NCBI RefSeq assembly: GCF_035594765.1 | Contig: NC_085846.1 | Coordinates: 43,263,190 to 43,327,189 of the forward strand | From: Anolis carolinensis | Taxonomy: Eukaryota | Direction: 5' to 3' | Length of the DNA stretch: 64,000 nucleotides | Shown here: positions 36,770 through 50,532 of the stretch, one piece after another | Position numbering within the stretch: position 1 is the stretch's first letter | Layout: each line of letters opens with the position of its first letter | Position numbers and translations under genes: made by a program | The notes under the pieces: model-generated | The model's database searches: none | Told to the model about the DNA's origin: nothing | The model's input: only the letters and a program-made list of their open reading frames with translations

Positions 36770-37445
36770 TGAACTATTCTATTCTGATTTGGTCAGACCT
36801 CATCTTGAATACTATGTCCAGTTTTGGGTATCATAATTCAAGAAGGATGTTGACAAGCTGGAACATATCCAGAGAAGGGAGATCAAAATTATTAAAGGTT
36901 TGGAAGCCAAGCCCTACAAGGCACAGCTAAGGGAGCTGTGTATGTTTAGTCTAGAGAAAAGATGGCTGAGGAATGATAATAACGTTTCAGTATCTGAAAG
37001 AATGTCACATTGAGGAGGGGGAAAGCTTGTTTTCTGCTGCTCTGGAGACTAGGGTCCTTTCCACACAGCCATAAAACCCAGAATATCTGCTTTGAACTGG
37101 GTTATCTGAGTCTATATTCCATATATTCCTGTTCAAAGCAGATATTGTGGGATTTTTCCCTTGATATTCTGGGTTATATGACTGTGTGGAAGGGCCCTAG
37201 GACACATAGTAACGGATTCAAGGTGCAGGAAAACAGCTTCCACCAAAACATTAGGAAGAACTTCCCCTATGATAAGTGCTGTTCGGCAGAGGAATACACT
37301 GCCTTGGTGTGGAGTCTCCTTCTCTGGAAGTTTTTAAGCAAAGGCTAGATGGCCATCTTTCGGAGATACTTTGATTATTTGTTCCTACATGGCAAATGAC
37401 TGGATGACCCTTGTGGTCTCTTCCAACTCTATGATTTTTTGATTT
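36770..37445 (+). mobile_element. Older CR1 3' fragment interrupted by a Harbinger MITE (37053-37197)
   Basis: Colinear with CR1 10840-11380 once the MITE and one TAG are removed. Confidence 0.8.
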
Positions 37446-40400
37446 TACATTATTACTGTTTTTCCTCCTCACAAATTATAATACTGTACATCAGAATGAC
37501 TTCTTGTACAACATTATGATATAGATTGATGTATGAGTGTTCTTGTATTTATGGACAGTAAATTGGTGTTCTAAAAGTAATACTTGTAGTATGTGTTTTG
37601 CTGTCATTGCCATCTACGGTCAGTAAATTTTACGAATTGCTCCCTATTCTCATGTTACTTAATAGACAGCTGGCGCGATACCAGCAGCGTGCTTCAACCT
37701 TCCCTAATAAAAGAAACACTGAAATTAAAGGGTTGAGATTGACTTTCTTGGATCCCAAAAAGACACCAGTAAATATATATCTCCAGTTTTGAGGAACATA
37801 CAGTAAGTCCTCTGTATCCACAGATTCTGCAGCCATGGATTCATGGCTTGAAAATATCCCTCTCCAAAATTCCGAAAGTTAAATCTTGATTGTGCAATTT
37901 CATATAAGAGAAACAATTTTACTATGCCATTTTATATAATTGGGCTTGAGTATCTATTGATTTTGGTATCTGCAGGGGGTCCTGGAACTAAACTCCAGTG
38001 GGCCCATTGTAATTATCAAGCTTGTGAATCATAGTAAGAAATTGTTAGATTGGAAAAACAGTAGACTTAAATAGGGTGGTAGATGGCTGGTTGATCAAGA
38101 GTTTTGGATACCCAATTATTTTAAGAAGAAGATGTCAGCTTTTCAAAAATGAGACTTGAATTTTGTTGTCCATGCAGTACTCTAGCAATGGTTCTACTTT
38201 CTGATTCACCATTTTGTTGATCCACAGAGTCATTCTTTCACCTGGGTTTGAATCAATAGCAAAGGTGGTCCTGCTAACTTGAAGTGTGCCCACGTCTTTT
38301 GTAAACATTGTTTCCAGTCATAATATGCCTACATTGCTGACTTAATAGCATAGTAATGCAAACCGTCAACAAGAGATTTGATTAAATCAAACAAACAACA
38401 TGTTTTTGGGGCTTTTTGTTGCTTTATTCAACTCTTTATCTGTGGAGCATTTATTTTTAAATGATTCTGAAGTGCTTATAGATTTAAAGTAAGATGTAAC
38501 TTTAGTCTAATATAGGTTTAAATGAAACAAATACTAAATAATCTCCCGTATTATCGAAAGTGACATTTTGCTATTGGTTTCTATATACAGAGGATGGGAT
38601 CAATAGTAGGTCCATTTTTTAAGCTTGACCTAATCATGACCAAGAACGGAAAAATGCAAAAGTGGCAAGGCTTGCTCTTTTGAATACAGGATTTTTTTCC
38701 TGTACAGAACAGAGGCTGTTCTTGGTGCAGAGGTTGCAGTATATGAACATGTTCGTGAACCTTTGATCAAACAGATGAGAACAAGGAGAAAATGCCTGCT
38801 GCCCCTACACTCTGAAGCTTTATGGTTTGGATGCATTTGTTGCTCAGAAATGCTGCCAGAAAACCCGCCTACATAATACTGTGGTAAAGAGGTCACCCTT
38901 TTCATTGAGGAACAGAAAGGCAAACAGGCTTTTCTTTCTCGGTATGAATGGGATTTGCGACATTACACTGAGCATAGAAATGTTTTCATGTTGGGAATAC
39001 TGTGTGGAAATTGATGCATTTGATTTGCAGGGCTTTAAGACTATCCCTTTCCAGTGATATCTAATAATAAAATTATTTATTCCACTAGCTTGTTTGCTTT
39101 CAACACAGGACATCTCTCTTGGCAGCATTGTTTTAATAGGACTAAGAAGCAAAATGTAGTAGTAGCTCCAGATCCCTAGAACACCACTCTCTGAATGAAA
39201 CAGTTAGGAGCTTGCTACTCCAACCTGTGGCCTCTTTCTCAGAATACTTACCAGTATTGCCTCCCATGTACAGTCAACTCTCCACATTTGTGGGTTTAAC
39301 TTTTGCCGATATGATTATTTGTGTATTCAATTAGTCTGTTCTCTCTAGATGTTGACAATAAAGTTACCTTGTAGTACTTCTCAGAGAGGTGTTCTCTCAA
39401 TTTTTTTTTAAAATGGCAATTTTTCCACTTTTGCATCTCTAACAATTGCAAAAGTGGGGATCATGCTGTATCTTATAGTGGGCTACTACAAGTCACCTAG
39501 AGACTTGAGTGAAAATGCATTTGATAGGCTAATGTGACTTGGCTCTCCATTTAACTTTGATGCCAGGCCAGAGGTCACAAATATATGGTGTTAATATATA
39601 TTTTCTGTGATGTATATGCCAATGTCTGAGCTTAAAATCAGGAAGCTTCTAATGCCTTACTGTATATTTCCCAATGAAATGTAATGCAGCTTCCCTATTC
39701 TAAAATGTATATAAGGACAAATTGCAAGATTTTACCTTTCTGTATTGTACCTGTATTATTCATCATCAAAATTGAAAACTAAGAGTAGAAGCCTTAAGAC
39801 TTTTGGAACAGGATAGGGGAGACCTACATTTTCAGTCTTATTTGCTTTCCTCTAGCATACTGCTATACGTATTAATTCACAAAAAGACTATTTAATTCGA
39901 AGGTAATTCTATATAGGGGATCATTTGACCCAGAAAGCCATACTGTTTAATTTTCCAAGGCCCCACACCAAAGTTTCATCCCTCAGGGAGGAAGAGGGAC
40001 TGCAGCTGCTCACTGATCAAATGAATAGTGCAAGTGCGTGGGGAGGACACATGGAAGGAATGTTTAAACTGGTATGGTGGCAGAATTGGGGAGGTATGTG
40101 TAATCTTGTTGAAGGCCTTTGGATTGCTAATTTGTTACATGATTTATTTTTGTGGATTTTATTTTGGCTGAAAATGTGACTGTGCTTTGTGTTAGTGGAG
40201 AGGTTGACTCAACCTTTTCAGAAGATGAGTTATCAATGGATAACCCCAGAAGGTTATTTGGAAAGGAAGTAGCTCTCAAGGTGACAAATATTCCCCATCT
40301 GTGATATATTATTCTTCCATTTATGAGTTCTGTTAGTCCCGTTCTCTGTAAAGAAAGCTACATACTGGTGTAACTGGCTTTTTTTTTTAAATTAACAATA

Positions 40401-41069
40401 CGTGCAGTGAATCCTTTGACATTATATTGAGATCAAGTTTAAATTTAGTGATGAAACTTTAAATGATAACATAAAACATTTTTTAAAATTTAGAGATTCA
40501 AAATTAGAATAGCTACAGTACTTGATAGGTAACATATAGGAATGCACCAGTCAATAAATAGTTGAAACATTCCTCTTTGGACCCTGTGAGTTTTATAATG
40601 ATCTGCATTAGGCCCCTTCCATACAGCTGAAGAAAATCCCACATTTTCTGCTTTAAACTGGGATATATGGCAGTGTGGACTCAGATAACCCAGTTCAAAG
40701 CAGATATTATGAGATTTTCTGCCTTGATATTCTGAGCTATATGACTCTGTGGAAGAGCCCTTAGAAGTTTCCCACTGAGCGTTTTATAAAAAACAAAACA
40801 AAAAAAACAGTGCAAAACATGTTTAATATCTTCCACCTGACCCAGTCCACAGGGACTACAATACTGTCCTCGGGGTATACAGAGGGCATACTTTGGAAAC
40901 ATAAATTTGTAAATGCCTTCTGTAAATGGGTTTTAATAAGGGTAATAAGGTAACGACAAATGCATTTGTTATTAAAATGTGACTATTGCCTGGAACATTT
41001 TGCATGCGAGATCAAGCTAACATCTTGGATAACATCTTGGGCAAATAAGCAATCTTCAACTTTGTTTTA

Positions 41070-41413
41070 CAGTAGAGTCTCACTTATCCAACATAAACGG
41101 GCCAGCAGAACGTTGGATAAGCAAAAATGTTGGCTAATCAGGAGGGATTAAGAAAAAGCCTATTAAACATCAAATTATGTTATGATTTTATAAATTAAGC
41201 ACCAAAACATCATGTTTTACAACATATCGACTGAAAAAGCAGTTCAATACACAGTAACGCTATGTAGCAATTGCTGTATTTATGAATTTAGCACCAAAAT
41301 ATCACAATGTATTGAAAACATCGACTACAAAAACATTGACTATTAAAAGGCAGGCTGTGTTGGATAATCCAGAACATTGGATAAGCAAAGGTTGGATAAG
41401 CAAGACTCTACTG
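41070..41413. mobile_element. Mariner/Tigger MITE copy 6
   Basis: TIR CAGTAGAGTCT...AGACTCTACTG. Confidence 0.85.
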
Positions 41414-41944
41414 TGTATCCTAGATCTCAGCAACTTCTGGTAAAGACAGGGAGTAGAGTAAGTTTATAAAAAACTATCTATGTACTAATTGACTTGTTTC
41501 TATCCCTCAGATGTTAAAAGCAAAGTTTAGCTAATTGTCACAAGAGAGGCCATCCAGTTTCTTAAAATATTTTAGCAGATGAACTCTTACATTAAGGCAG
41601 TCCAACTTCCAATCTTAGTTGTGTGATCTTGGGAAACACCCAAGATTGTCCTTTGGACTGCCCCCCCCCCCCCTTGGTAATGCACCTTTTCATTTCATCA
41701 CCATATTTCAGCCTAATATAGAAGTTCTGAAATAACTTTGTCCTGTAATATTTTAAAGGCAGGGGCTATTAAATCCTAATAATTACTTTTTAAAACCTAA
41801 AACCCATGAAACAGATTTAGGTTTATCTGTAGTGAACTTCCAGTGGCAGCTCCTGGCATAGCTCAGGATTACAGAGAAAAGATGTTTGCAGTCAACAAAA
41901 TGCAATGAAACTCCTTGTAAGTTTTTGGTTTTCTTTACTTATAG

Positions 41945-42031
41945 ATTCAGAAATTATGTGATAGAGTAGCATCTTCAACATTACTTGATGATCGTCGGGA
42001 TGCTGTACGTGCACTAAAATCGCTTTCAAAG
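41945..42031 (+). CDS. USO1: USO1 exon 2
   Basis: atag|ATTCAG...TCAAAG|gtattt; IQKLCDRVASSTLLDDRRDAVRALKSLSK. Confidence 0.96.
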
Positions 42032-42131
42032 GTATTTATGTTTTGTTCCTTTGATATTATTTGGATAAACTTTCAGTTAAGTAAGAATCTTTTAACTTGA
42101 CATTGTTAATGTCTGTTCTTGAACTTAACAG

Positions 42132-42196
42132 AAATATCGCTTGGAAGTAGGGATTCAGGCTATGCCTCATCTTATCCATGTTCTCCAGACAGATCG
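42132..42196 (+). CDS. USO1: USO1 exon 3
   Basis: aacag|AAATAT...GATCG|gtaag; KYRLEVGIQAMPHLIHVLQTDR. Confidence 0.96.
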
Positions 42197-42672
42197 GTAA
42201 GCATCTTAAGAAAAAAAATAAGTGTCCAGATATTTGTTATGCATACAGTTGCCACCCTTGCTGTGTAGTGCACGCTGCAATTGAATTCAAATTAACATGA
42301 TGTACTTGCAAGATCCTTTTAATAAGAAATAAATTTGTCAGTATTTATCAAAAGAGTACCCTTTTGCAAGTACTAAATGGTAAACTCAGCAATCATTTTC
42401 AGCAATTCCAAAAAATAATAACAATCCAAAATTATTCATGGTGTTAACAGATAATTTATATAGGAGAGCTTATTCCATATACAAAATAGTGATTGCCAGA
42501 AAGACATAAATAATTAAAAACGTTTTAATACCTATTTTTGTATTGAAAATGCCATGACTTGCAGTATAGCTGCTGCTAATGAGCCAAATATGAATATTCA
42601 TCCTAATGAAGAGATGTTTCAAACATGCTGACACTGCTTTCCATTCAGTAAAAATGGCATTTGTTTTCACAG

Positions 42673-42752
42673 TTCAGATTCTGAAATAATTGGTTATGCT
42701 TTGGATACCCTTTACAATATTATCTCCAATGATCTGGAAGAGGAAGAACAAG
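42673..42752 (+). CDS. USO1: USO1 exon 4
   Basis: cacag|TTCAGAT...CAAG|gtacac; SDSEIIGYALDTLYNIISNDLEEEEQ. Confidence 0.95.
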
Positions 42753-45419
42753 GTACACACTTGATTTTTAATGATACAATTGCCTAAATGTGTAGGTTTA
42801 CTTTTGTTTAATCATCTGGTTATCAGTAGAAGATTTTTGTAAAAAAAAAACCCATAGTTCACAGTTTTAGTTTGCACTTCTGAAAACAAGGCTACATGAA
42901 CTTTGTGCCCATTCACCCTCGCTTTCCTTTTCTCTTGTTACTTCATCGAGAGGGAGATAACAAGTCTCTGCTTTCATTTTACATTAATGAGAACTTCCTC
43001 TTGTGTCTGAACCCAGATAATGGTGATTAGTTTTAACAGTAGCTAGTTCAAAAAGGACAAGATCATACATAATATATCGTTTGATCTTGCCTTGTTAAAA
43101 TTGTTTGCAGATCCCTGCGTGCAGACATAACAGGGAACTTTGGCTAACTTCAAATCAAAGTAATTGCTTCTGATCTTCCAGCTGCATCAGAGGAGAAGAG
43201 AGGAGATGAAAGTGTCTGAGCCCATGGCTTATGCAGGCTTGTTCACATTACCATAAGTAATAGATGTGCATTGCATTTGAGTTACCAAGTATCTTTTTGC
43301 TATTTCAGAAATTATTTTTTGTGAAACTGTAGTATTTGTGTTAAACAGTGTTCACAATCTTTGTATAACTGTCATATGCCTGAACAAATAGAATAAGTGG
43401 TTAACTATGGCAGAAAGTTTTTTTTACAATATGTATGAGTGTGTCAGAGCACGCCTTCAAGTCGCCTGTGGATATATGGTGATCCCATGACTTTCATAGG
43501 GTTTTCTTAGGCAAGGAACACTTAGAAGTGATTTCCCATTGCATTCTTCTGAGTGGAGCCTACAGCACTTGGTCATTTTTAAACTGCTACAGTGTTTTTG
43601 TTTCTCTCATATATAATTACCTTATTTTCTGATACAGTATTTCAAATATTTCAGATCTTTTATACAATATAATTATAGACCTATGATTCCACCTTAACTG
43701 CCAAGGCAGTTGGATGGAATTTTCTGATCTGTAGTTTCGTGAGGCACTAGAAGTCTCTGAGATATAATTCTATATACTTTGTTAAACTATAAACCTAGGA
43801 ATACATAAGATGAAGCCATGGCAGTTAAGGTGCAGTGTATCATGCGAAATTATGTACTGTGGGAATATCCTCCCCTTAGCTATAACAGTCTACTAGGGAT
43901 ACACTTCCACATCAGACAATTTCTTCTTGGGAGATTAAGCACATAAAATCAATCAAGAGTGATATAGTGGATTAAAAGTGTGTCTCATTCTTGTCTTACC
44001 TAAATCAAAATGTTAAATATTATTTCTCAAATGGATAGCCTGTTATACATAATCAATAAGAGACAGAAATAAAACACAAATTATTTTAATCATTGTTTTC
44101 TTCTGGAAATATGAGCAGTAAGCCTTATAGATCTTTCCATAATAATTTTGAGTTCCAAATGGTGAATCTTTTTCTGAATGGCAGATATGTGTTCAGCTGT
44201 GGTGAGAATGGGGAGGGGAAAGAAGAAGAAAAAGCGACTTGTGCTTTTTCTTCCTATTGTTCTTGGGATTGTAATTATATACTTTGAGGTCAAAGTAGCC
44301 ACCTGTCCACTTGTACTTTTTTCCAATCTTTTCACCAAACTGTTTCAGAACATGAGAACATATGTCTTAATGCAAGAGCAGTATTCTAGATCCAAATGTA
44401 TTGTAGTAATAACAATAATAACAGAAAAGACACTGCCAGTGGATTGAAGTTAGTTATGATTACAGGATTCTGGATTTTAAAGGGTCCACTCAAATTATGA
44501 CTAAATTAGTATCCAGTACCTTGTGCAATAATTAGTATCTTCACATTGATGTTGCTTGTGTAAAGGAGCAGTTCTATCTTGATATTCAGACCTCCAGAGT
44601 GATCATCTGGAGACCAGGCTTTTCAGGGTGCATTATTAGATCCTATAGTGTATATTGGGTAATCTGCTAGATCTTATTTGAAACAACTGGCTTGTGAAGA
44701 GGTCCTGGGGTTTTTTCATTATCTTTATTATGATAGGTTTGTATCAGTTTTTGAAAGCTTTTCAATTAGTTGGAGACTAATTTTGGTGAAGTTCAAAAAA
44801 ACAACTAAGGAATACATGTAATGATAATATAGCTCTACATGAAATTGTTAAAAATCAGATTTTTCATTTGAAGCCTAGATAAAACTGTAGAAAATATTTT
44901 TATCAAATTTTATTTTGGTTAAATAAAGAATGTCAAAACAGAATTGAGATTAATGCAACCATGCTTCAAATAATAGTTCTTGCATTTTATATATAAGAAA
45001 TATTTAGATGTACGGAAATTGCTTCCATAAGTATATGCTTCACTATTTTATTTTTAATTAATTAATTAAATTCATTTATAGACCGCTTTTCTCACTCCTG
45101 GGGGAACTCAAAGCGGTGTACAGCATTATACATGGCAAAGATGCAATGCCTCACATTCATATAAACATAAAAATTACACATCTAAAAACAATCACATATG
45201 GCCATAAATCAAATAATTAAAAAACTATATACCATCAGTATAATGATAAAACATTAAAACATTAAGCATTAAGACATTTAAATATTGCACCAACCCCGTG
45301 ATTTTCTTTAGCTGCTTGTGTATTGGTGTTATTCATAAAATGCATTGTCTACCAAGAACTTCTGGAGTTGTGAGGCTACCACACATTCCAAGACTTTGCC
45401 CAAGTAGGGGAGTTTGGAC

Positions 45420-46360
45420 ACTGGCCGAAAGTTCCCTAATTGAGTGGTCAGGGATCCTGTCTTGAGGGACGGGATTCAACAACCCACTGACTACTCGAAA
45501 CTGGATGGTTTATTGTGGACGCAATGTCAGCTGCAGTATAAGATTGCTTTGTAGCCTTGATTGCCACAGAATATGCCCTGAAGTAGGAACATACCCATGT
45601 TTGATCTGATTTGCTGTGAGTTGTATGCCACATGCACTCTAGACTCCATTTCACACGCTTCATTGCTGCCAGCTCCTCAGTTGATACAGCTCATCCATGT
45701 GAAACGAGACTCTCCGGAGCAATCGTGTCAATTGCCCTAATCATCTCCCTTTTCTAGAGAGTGATCAGAGCATCAGCAGAATCACCTACTAGGATAGCAG
45801 GAAATTCCCCGAGAACCGTCAGGAATCCTTCTGGATCCATAAGCCTCCTGGGGTGGGCCATTCTAATTGGTCCTCCACCCCTGCGGAGATTAGGGGGCGC
45901 AATAAGTCTAAACTTGACCAGATGATGGTTGTTGGTCCATGGCAACGGAGCGATGATCAACTCCTCCACACTGCCACCTTCCTCCCATCCCTGACAGAAA
46001 ACCAAGTCCAATATATGTCCCACTTTATAGGTAGGGCCCAATACCATTTGGGACAGTCCCATGGTGGCCATGAAGGCTTTGGGACAGTCCCATGGTGGCC
46101 TTTGGAGGCTTTTAAACAGAGGCTGGATGGCCATCTGTCGGGGGTGCTTTGAATGCGATTTCCTGCTTCTTGGCAGGGGGTTGGACTAGATGGCCCATGA
46201 GGTCTCTTCCAACTCTACTATTCTATGATTCTATGATTCTATGAAGCCCTGAGCCACTCCCAAGAGATTGGTCTCTGCATGGACATTGAAGTCCTCCAGC
46301 ACTATAAGCCATTGGGACTCCAACGCCAGGCTCAAGATCACCCCAGCTAGCTCAGGCAGG
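45420..46360 (-). mobile_element. L2 endonuclease-region remnant containing a short plus-strand CR1 3' end (46101-46243)
   Basis: FMATMGLSQ...GPT...GHILDLVF...HHLV; CR1 tail (ATTCTATG)n. Confidence 0.75.
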
Positions 46361-47263
46361 GAGACTGTTTATTTTATTTTATTTTATTTTATTTTATTTA
46401 CAAATTATTTGATGATGGGTGATATTTGTTGGAAATATTTGTTCAGGTATTAAGGTGTATCAGACTAGGACAAGTAGGTGATATTGTTCTATCAATTTTG
46501 AAGCAAATGAATCAATTATTAAGTATATAAAATGGCCCAAGCAGAATAAATAGATACCTTCCAGAGTGTCTTTTGTACTAGACAAGAGACAAAAAGAATG
46601 AGAAACACAAACCCAAATGCATAACATTTATATAATAATAGTTATGTTAGAATGGCAATTGATAGAGAGAATTCAAGGAGAAAGGAAGAAACCAATATTG
46701 GAGAGGGCCATTCTGATTATCCTGATGGCCAATTTTTTTGAACAGCTTGGGTGATGGTCAGCTAAACTGTAGGCATTCTATGGCTTCTCTGGGGCCAGGG
46801 ATCCTACTGGATTTCTCTCACTGAACCAAAGCTGTATCCTGCTCATCATTTAAAATGCTGTCACACTACCAAATTTCAGTAGCATGGCAACAGATTCAGT
46901 GGATAGACTTTGTGGGAGCTGAAGAAAAGAACAAAGGTATCCCTCTGGCTTCATGTTGCCCGCCCTGCAGTGTCATGCCAATTTTATTTTGTAACAGAAC
47001 TGAAACTGCTTGGTTGGAGAGCATGATTTAAAGGAAGCTACGATAAACAAACTGTAGAATCTTTGATGGTTTCCAGTCTCTAGTGCATGGATTTAGGAAT
47101 ACATCATTAGGAGTACCTGAGCTAAACTAATCAAGTAACCACTGTAATATTGATCTGGAGTTCTTCCTTTTGACTTGGTTCTATACAATTAACTGACCTT
47201 TTGTGCTGTACTAAATGGAAAACGGCTTCATTTTGAATCTTTCTTTCTTCTCTGCCTTTACAG

Positions 47264-47275
47264 ATGATTCTGAAG
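47264..47275 (+). CDS. USO1: USO1 12-nt alternative microexon (adds DDSE)
   Basis: Long pyrimidine tract, tttacag|ATGATTCTGAAG|gtaaa; phase 1/1, frame-preserving between exons 4 and 5. Confidence 0.75.
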
Positions 47276-50200
47276 GTAAAAAAGATCTAAATTTATATTA
47301 GCATGGTGCCTGTTAGTCATAGTTTGAAGGAATAATGACTCACAACTCACAGCACTTTAAAAGTTTCATCCCACTGCAAGTATTTTAGAACTGTAATTCT
47401 TTTCTTACACTCCCAAATCGAAAACGGTTGATTCTTTGCATATCAAGAGGAACAGTGTAATTAGAAGTAGTATCATTGGAATAATATGATAGCTTGTGAT
47501 GTCAGGTCCTGAACAAAAATACCTGAAACACATTTTCATTTGTTACTAAAAATGCTGATTTAATATTAAGAGATATGTTCAAAAATATTTGTCCATTTAT
47601 TTTCACTAACCTTGACTTGTAAGGTACAAAAGCTTAAAGAAGTTAGATATAATTGGTGAAGGCATTTGTACCGAAGCAAAGTCAAGTTTAAAATTGTCTC
47701 ATTTGCAGTGTCCTTTTAAAACAGTGCTGTGTGTACGTAAGCATGCTTTATTTAACATATGCTACTGTATAGATTTAGGTTTCTCTTTAACTGTACACAG
47801 TTCCAAGATACAGTTAGAATAATGTATCACACTAACAAGTGACTAATCTTACTAAAATATTTTGTTCCAATATTGTACTAATGAGTTCTGGTATATTATA
47901 ACCTACTTCATAGCATGTACAAACTATTAGGTTTCTTTACTGTTACCCTTCTTTGTTGTCATTGTATATATGTTTGTTCTTAGAAAATGCTTAGATTTTC
48001 TGTTATTTCTAAATTTATTCTAACATTTTAAGAAGATAGTTATTATAATTGTCCACATCTTGATATGGGAATTTAGGAAACAAACTGTTTTAATGGCAGT
48101 TTTGAATATCCGTGTCATGAGGGTTGGAAAAAATTAATAATACCTAAGAAATTAAAATAATTTTCAAATTCATGTATCAGAGAGACTAAAATATAATATG
48201 TAAAGTTGTTTGTGGGGTATTGTGAACTTAGTAGGACATACCAGTCCTAAGCTTTTCCAGTTCTCATCTCGCCCAACCATTGTAATAAATTTCTCTGCAG
48301 AGGTTGAAAAAATAGAATAAATTGAAGAAGAGCTTTTCCTCTAGGCATTAAAGGATATTATAGCATCCAGCATAAAAATAAGTGTTCTCAGTATTATGAA
48401 ATAGGAGTCAAAAGTAGCCAATGTGGTGGTGTCAGAGAAGAGCAACAAGTGGAAATGCTAATGCTTCCCTCTGATGTTAGCAGTTCCAAAAGAGGATGGC
48501 CAGTCAGTGGAATCTCCTAACTTATTTCAAAGGTAACCTAGGTTGAGATGAGTCCCAGCAAAGAGAAAATCAGGACCAGAAATCAGTACTAGCTGGTGAC
48601 AGGCCAAAAGGAAGAAATTCTCTTGTGTAAATGCTGTTACACTTAGCTCTTTTTCTCTCCCCATTTTAATTATTTGTGTTGGAATTAAAAACCCAAGAAA
48701 CTACAAAAATGAGAGAAGAAAGCACAGACAAATAAAAGAACCAAACAACATACCGAGTATCACAACCAACAAAAGTGGACAGAAAATAGGAAACAAACAA
48801 ACTGAGAAAGTAAAGAGTTTAATAGAAAATAAGGGAGGCAATTGTGCTATCTAGAAGTGAATAATTTACCTTGGTGGGGAGGAGCAAATAAGCTGAACCC
48901 ATATATGAATTATGGACATATTGTTTTGGGAATTTATATTAGTGTCCTATGAATGTAGCACAGTCTTGTAACCAAGTTCAGAAAAGTTATAAACCCGCAG
49001 AAATGTAGCATAGGAGAGACACTGAGATAGGTCTGTATTTCTTTCACCATGGCAATCCTGATAGTTTCTAAGTTGAGTTCAAAGTAGGGATAAGATACTT
49101 TATACTTTTTCTGCTGGTTTTCTCACCAGCCACTCTGGGAGCCTTTTTTTGGCTTAGGGGAGGGGTATAAATGCAATAAATAAATCAATATAGTCTGTCT
49201 GTAATTCCTTGCAACAAAATCTTGTCTAAATAACACATCAGTGTGATTGTGTAATTTAAATTGTTTGAGTTCAGATAGTTCCATTGCATATTGAAGACCA
49301 TGCTAGTGTTGCTTTCCTTTTGAAGTTAAACAGGTACTGAACATAAAGGAGTCATGTCAAGGATATGGCATTGTTCATGAAATCTGGAATTTCAGTTTTG
49401 AAATACATTATAGCTCAGAAATTTGCTGAACATATTATGTAGAAATAGTGGTTTGAGTTATGTATTTTGTCCAAATTGATTGAGAACCTATGAGACATGG
49501 GGAAGATAGAGAAAAAAAGCTAATTAATCTGGTTTCTATGTCAAGGTGAGTATTTGGCTCTGAACACAGCCATAACTGAACTTGTACTTACTGCCTAGTC
49601 TTCTGTTTATTCCCAATCCTAGTACTCAAGTAACTTTTCTGTATTTTAGCACTAGCCATGAAGGAAGCTTCTCTAAAGAATCTTATAGGGGCTAAAATTA
49701 GCAGAGTGACATTAGAGGGAGAAATTTAGGACCACTTCCTGTTAAGCAGTGTGACTGTTAGTCGGAGCTTAGAAATATTACTATTTGGTTAGGCCACAGT
49801 TCCCAGAATCCCTCAGTCAGCAGGATGTCTCTTATTTGGAGTTGAGATACTTTTATGACTAAAGGTTGGAAAGGCTAGTCAAGGTTGACAAGAGATACCA
49901 CTGTATTGGAATTAAAAGCCCAGTCCTCGTTTCCATACTGCCATCATCCTCATAATTGATCTCATTTCAGCCACTACAGCATTCATAGTTAGACTGGAAG
50001 AAATAGCTCATCCTGAAGTCACATCAACTCCATAGGTTCCATTTACATTTCTGCCACTTTTATAGCTTCTTGATATCTCTACCAATTATTATTTAAGATG
50101 CTGTCTCCACAATCTGCATCTTGATTTTAAAAAATCAAAAACTTGTACAAAAAAGGTGCGATAGAAATATGGTAATTACCATAGTCTACTGCAGGCTCTG

Positions 50201-50431
50201 ACTGTCATGCCAACATTTTCCAGCAAGTGCCTGTTGAAGTTAATGAATGATGCTATGAAATCTCTCTACACTACATTAAATTTACTTTGGTACATTTGTT
50301 GTGTGGTGTGTGACAACTAATGCATATTTATGGTGTTTATATTTAGTTGTCTTCTCACTGTTATATTTACCAGATGTAGTCTTTGTCAGAAGCTCTGAAA
50401 CTGCTCTCTTATTGGCTATTTAATATTACAG

Positions 50432-50532
50432 AAGAAAATTCACAGAAGCAAGTTGAAGATCTTGGAAGCCAATTTACAGAAATTTTTATTAAGCAGCATG
50501 AAAATGTCACTCTTTTGTTGACATATTTAGAG
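50432..50532 (+). CDS. USO1: USO1 exon 5
   Basis: tacag|AAGAAAAT...TTAGAG|gtgaga; ENSQKQVEDLGSQFTEIFIKQHENVTLLLTYLE. Confidence 0.94.
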
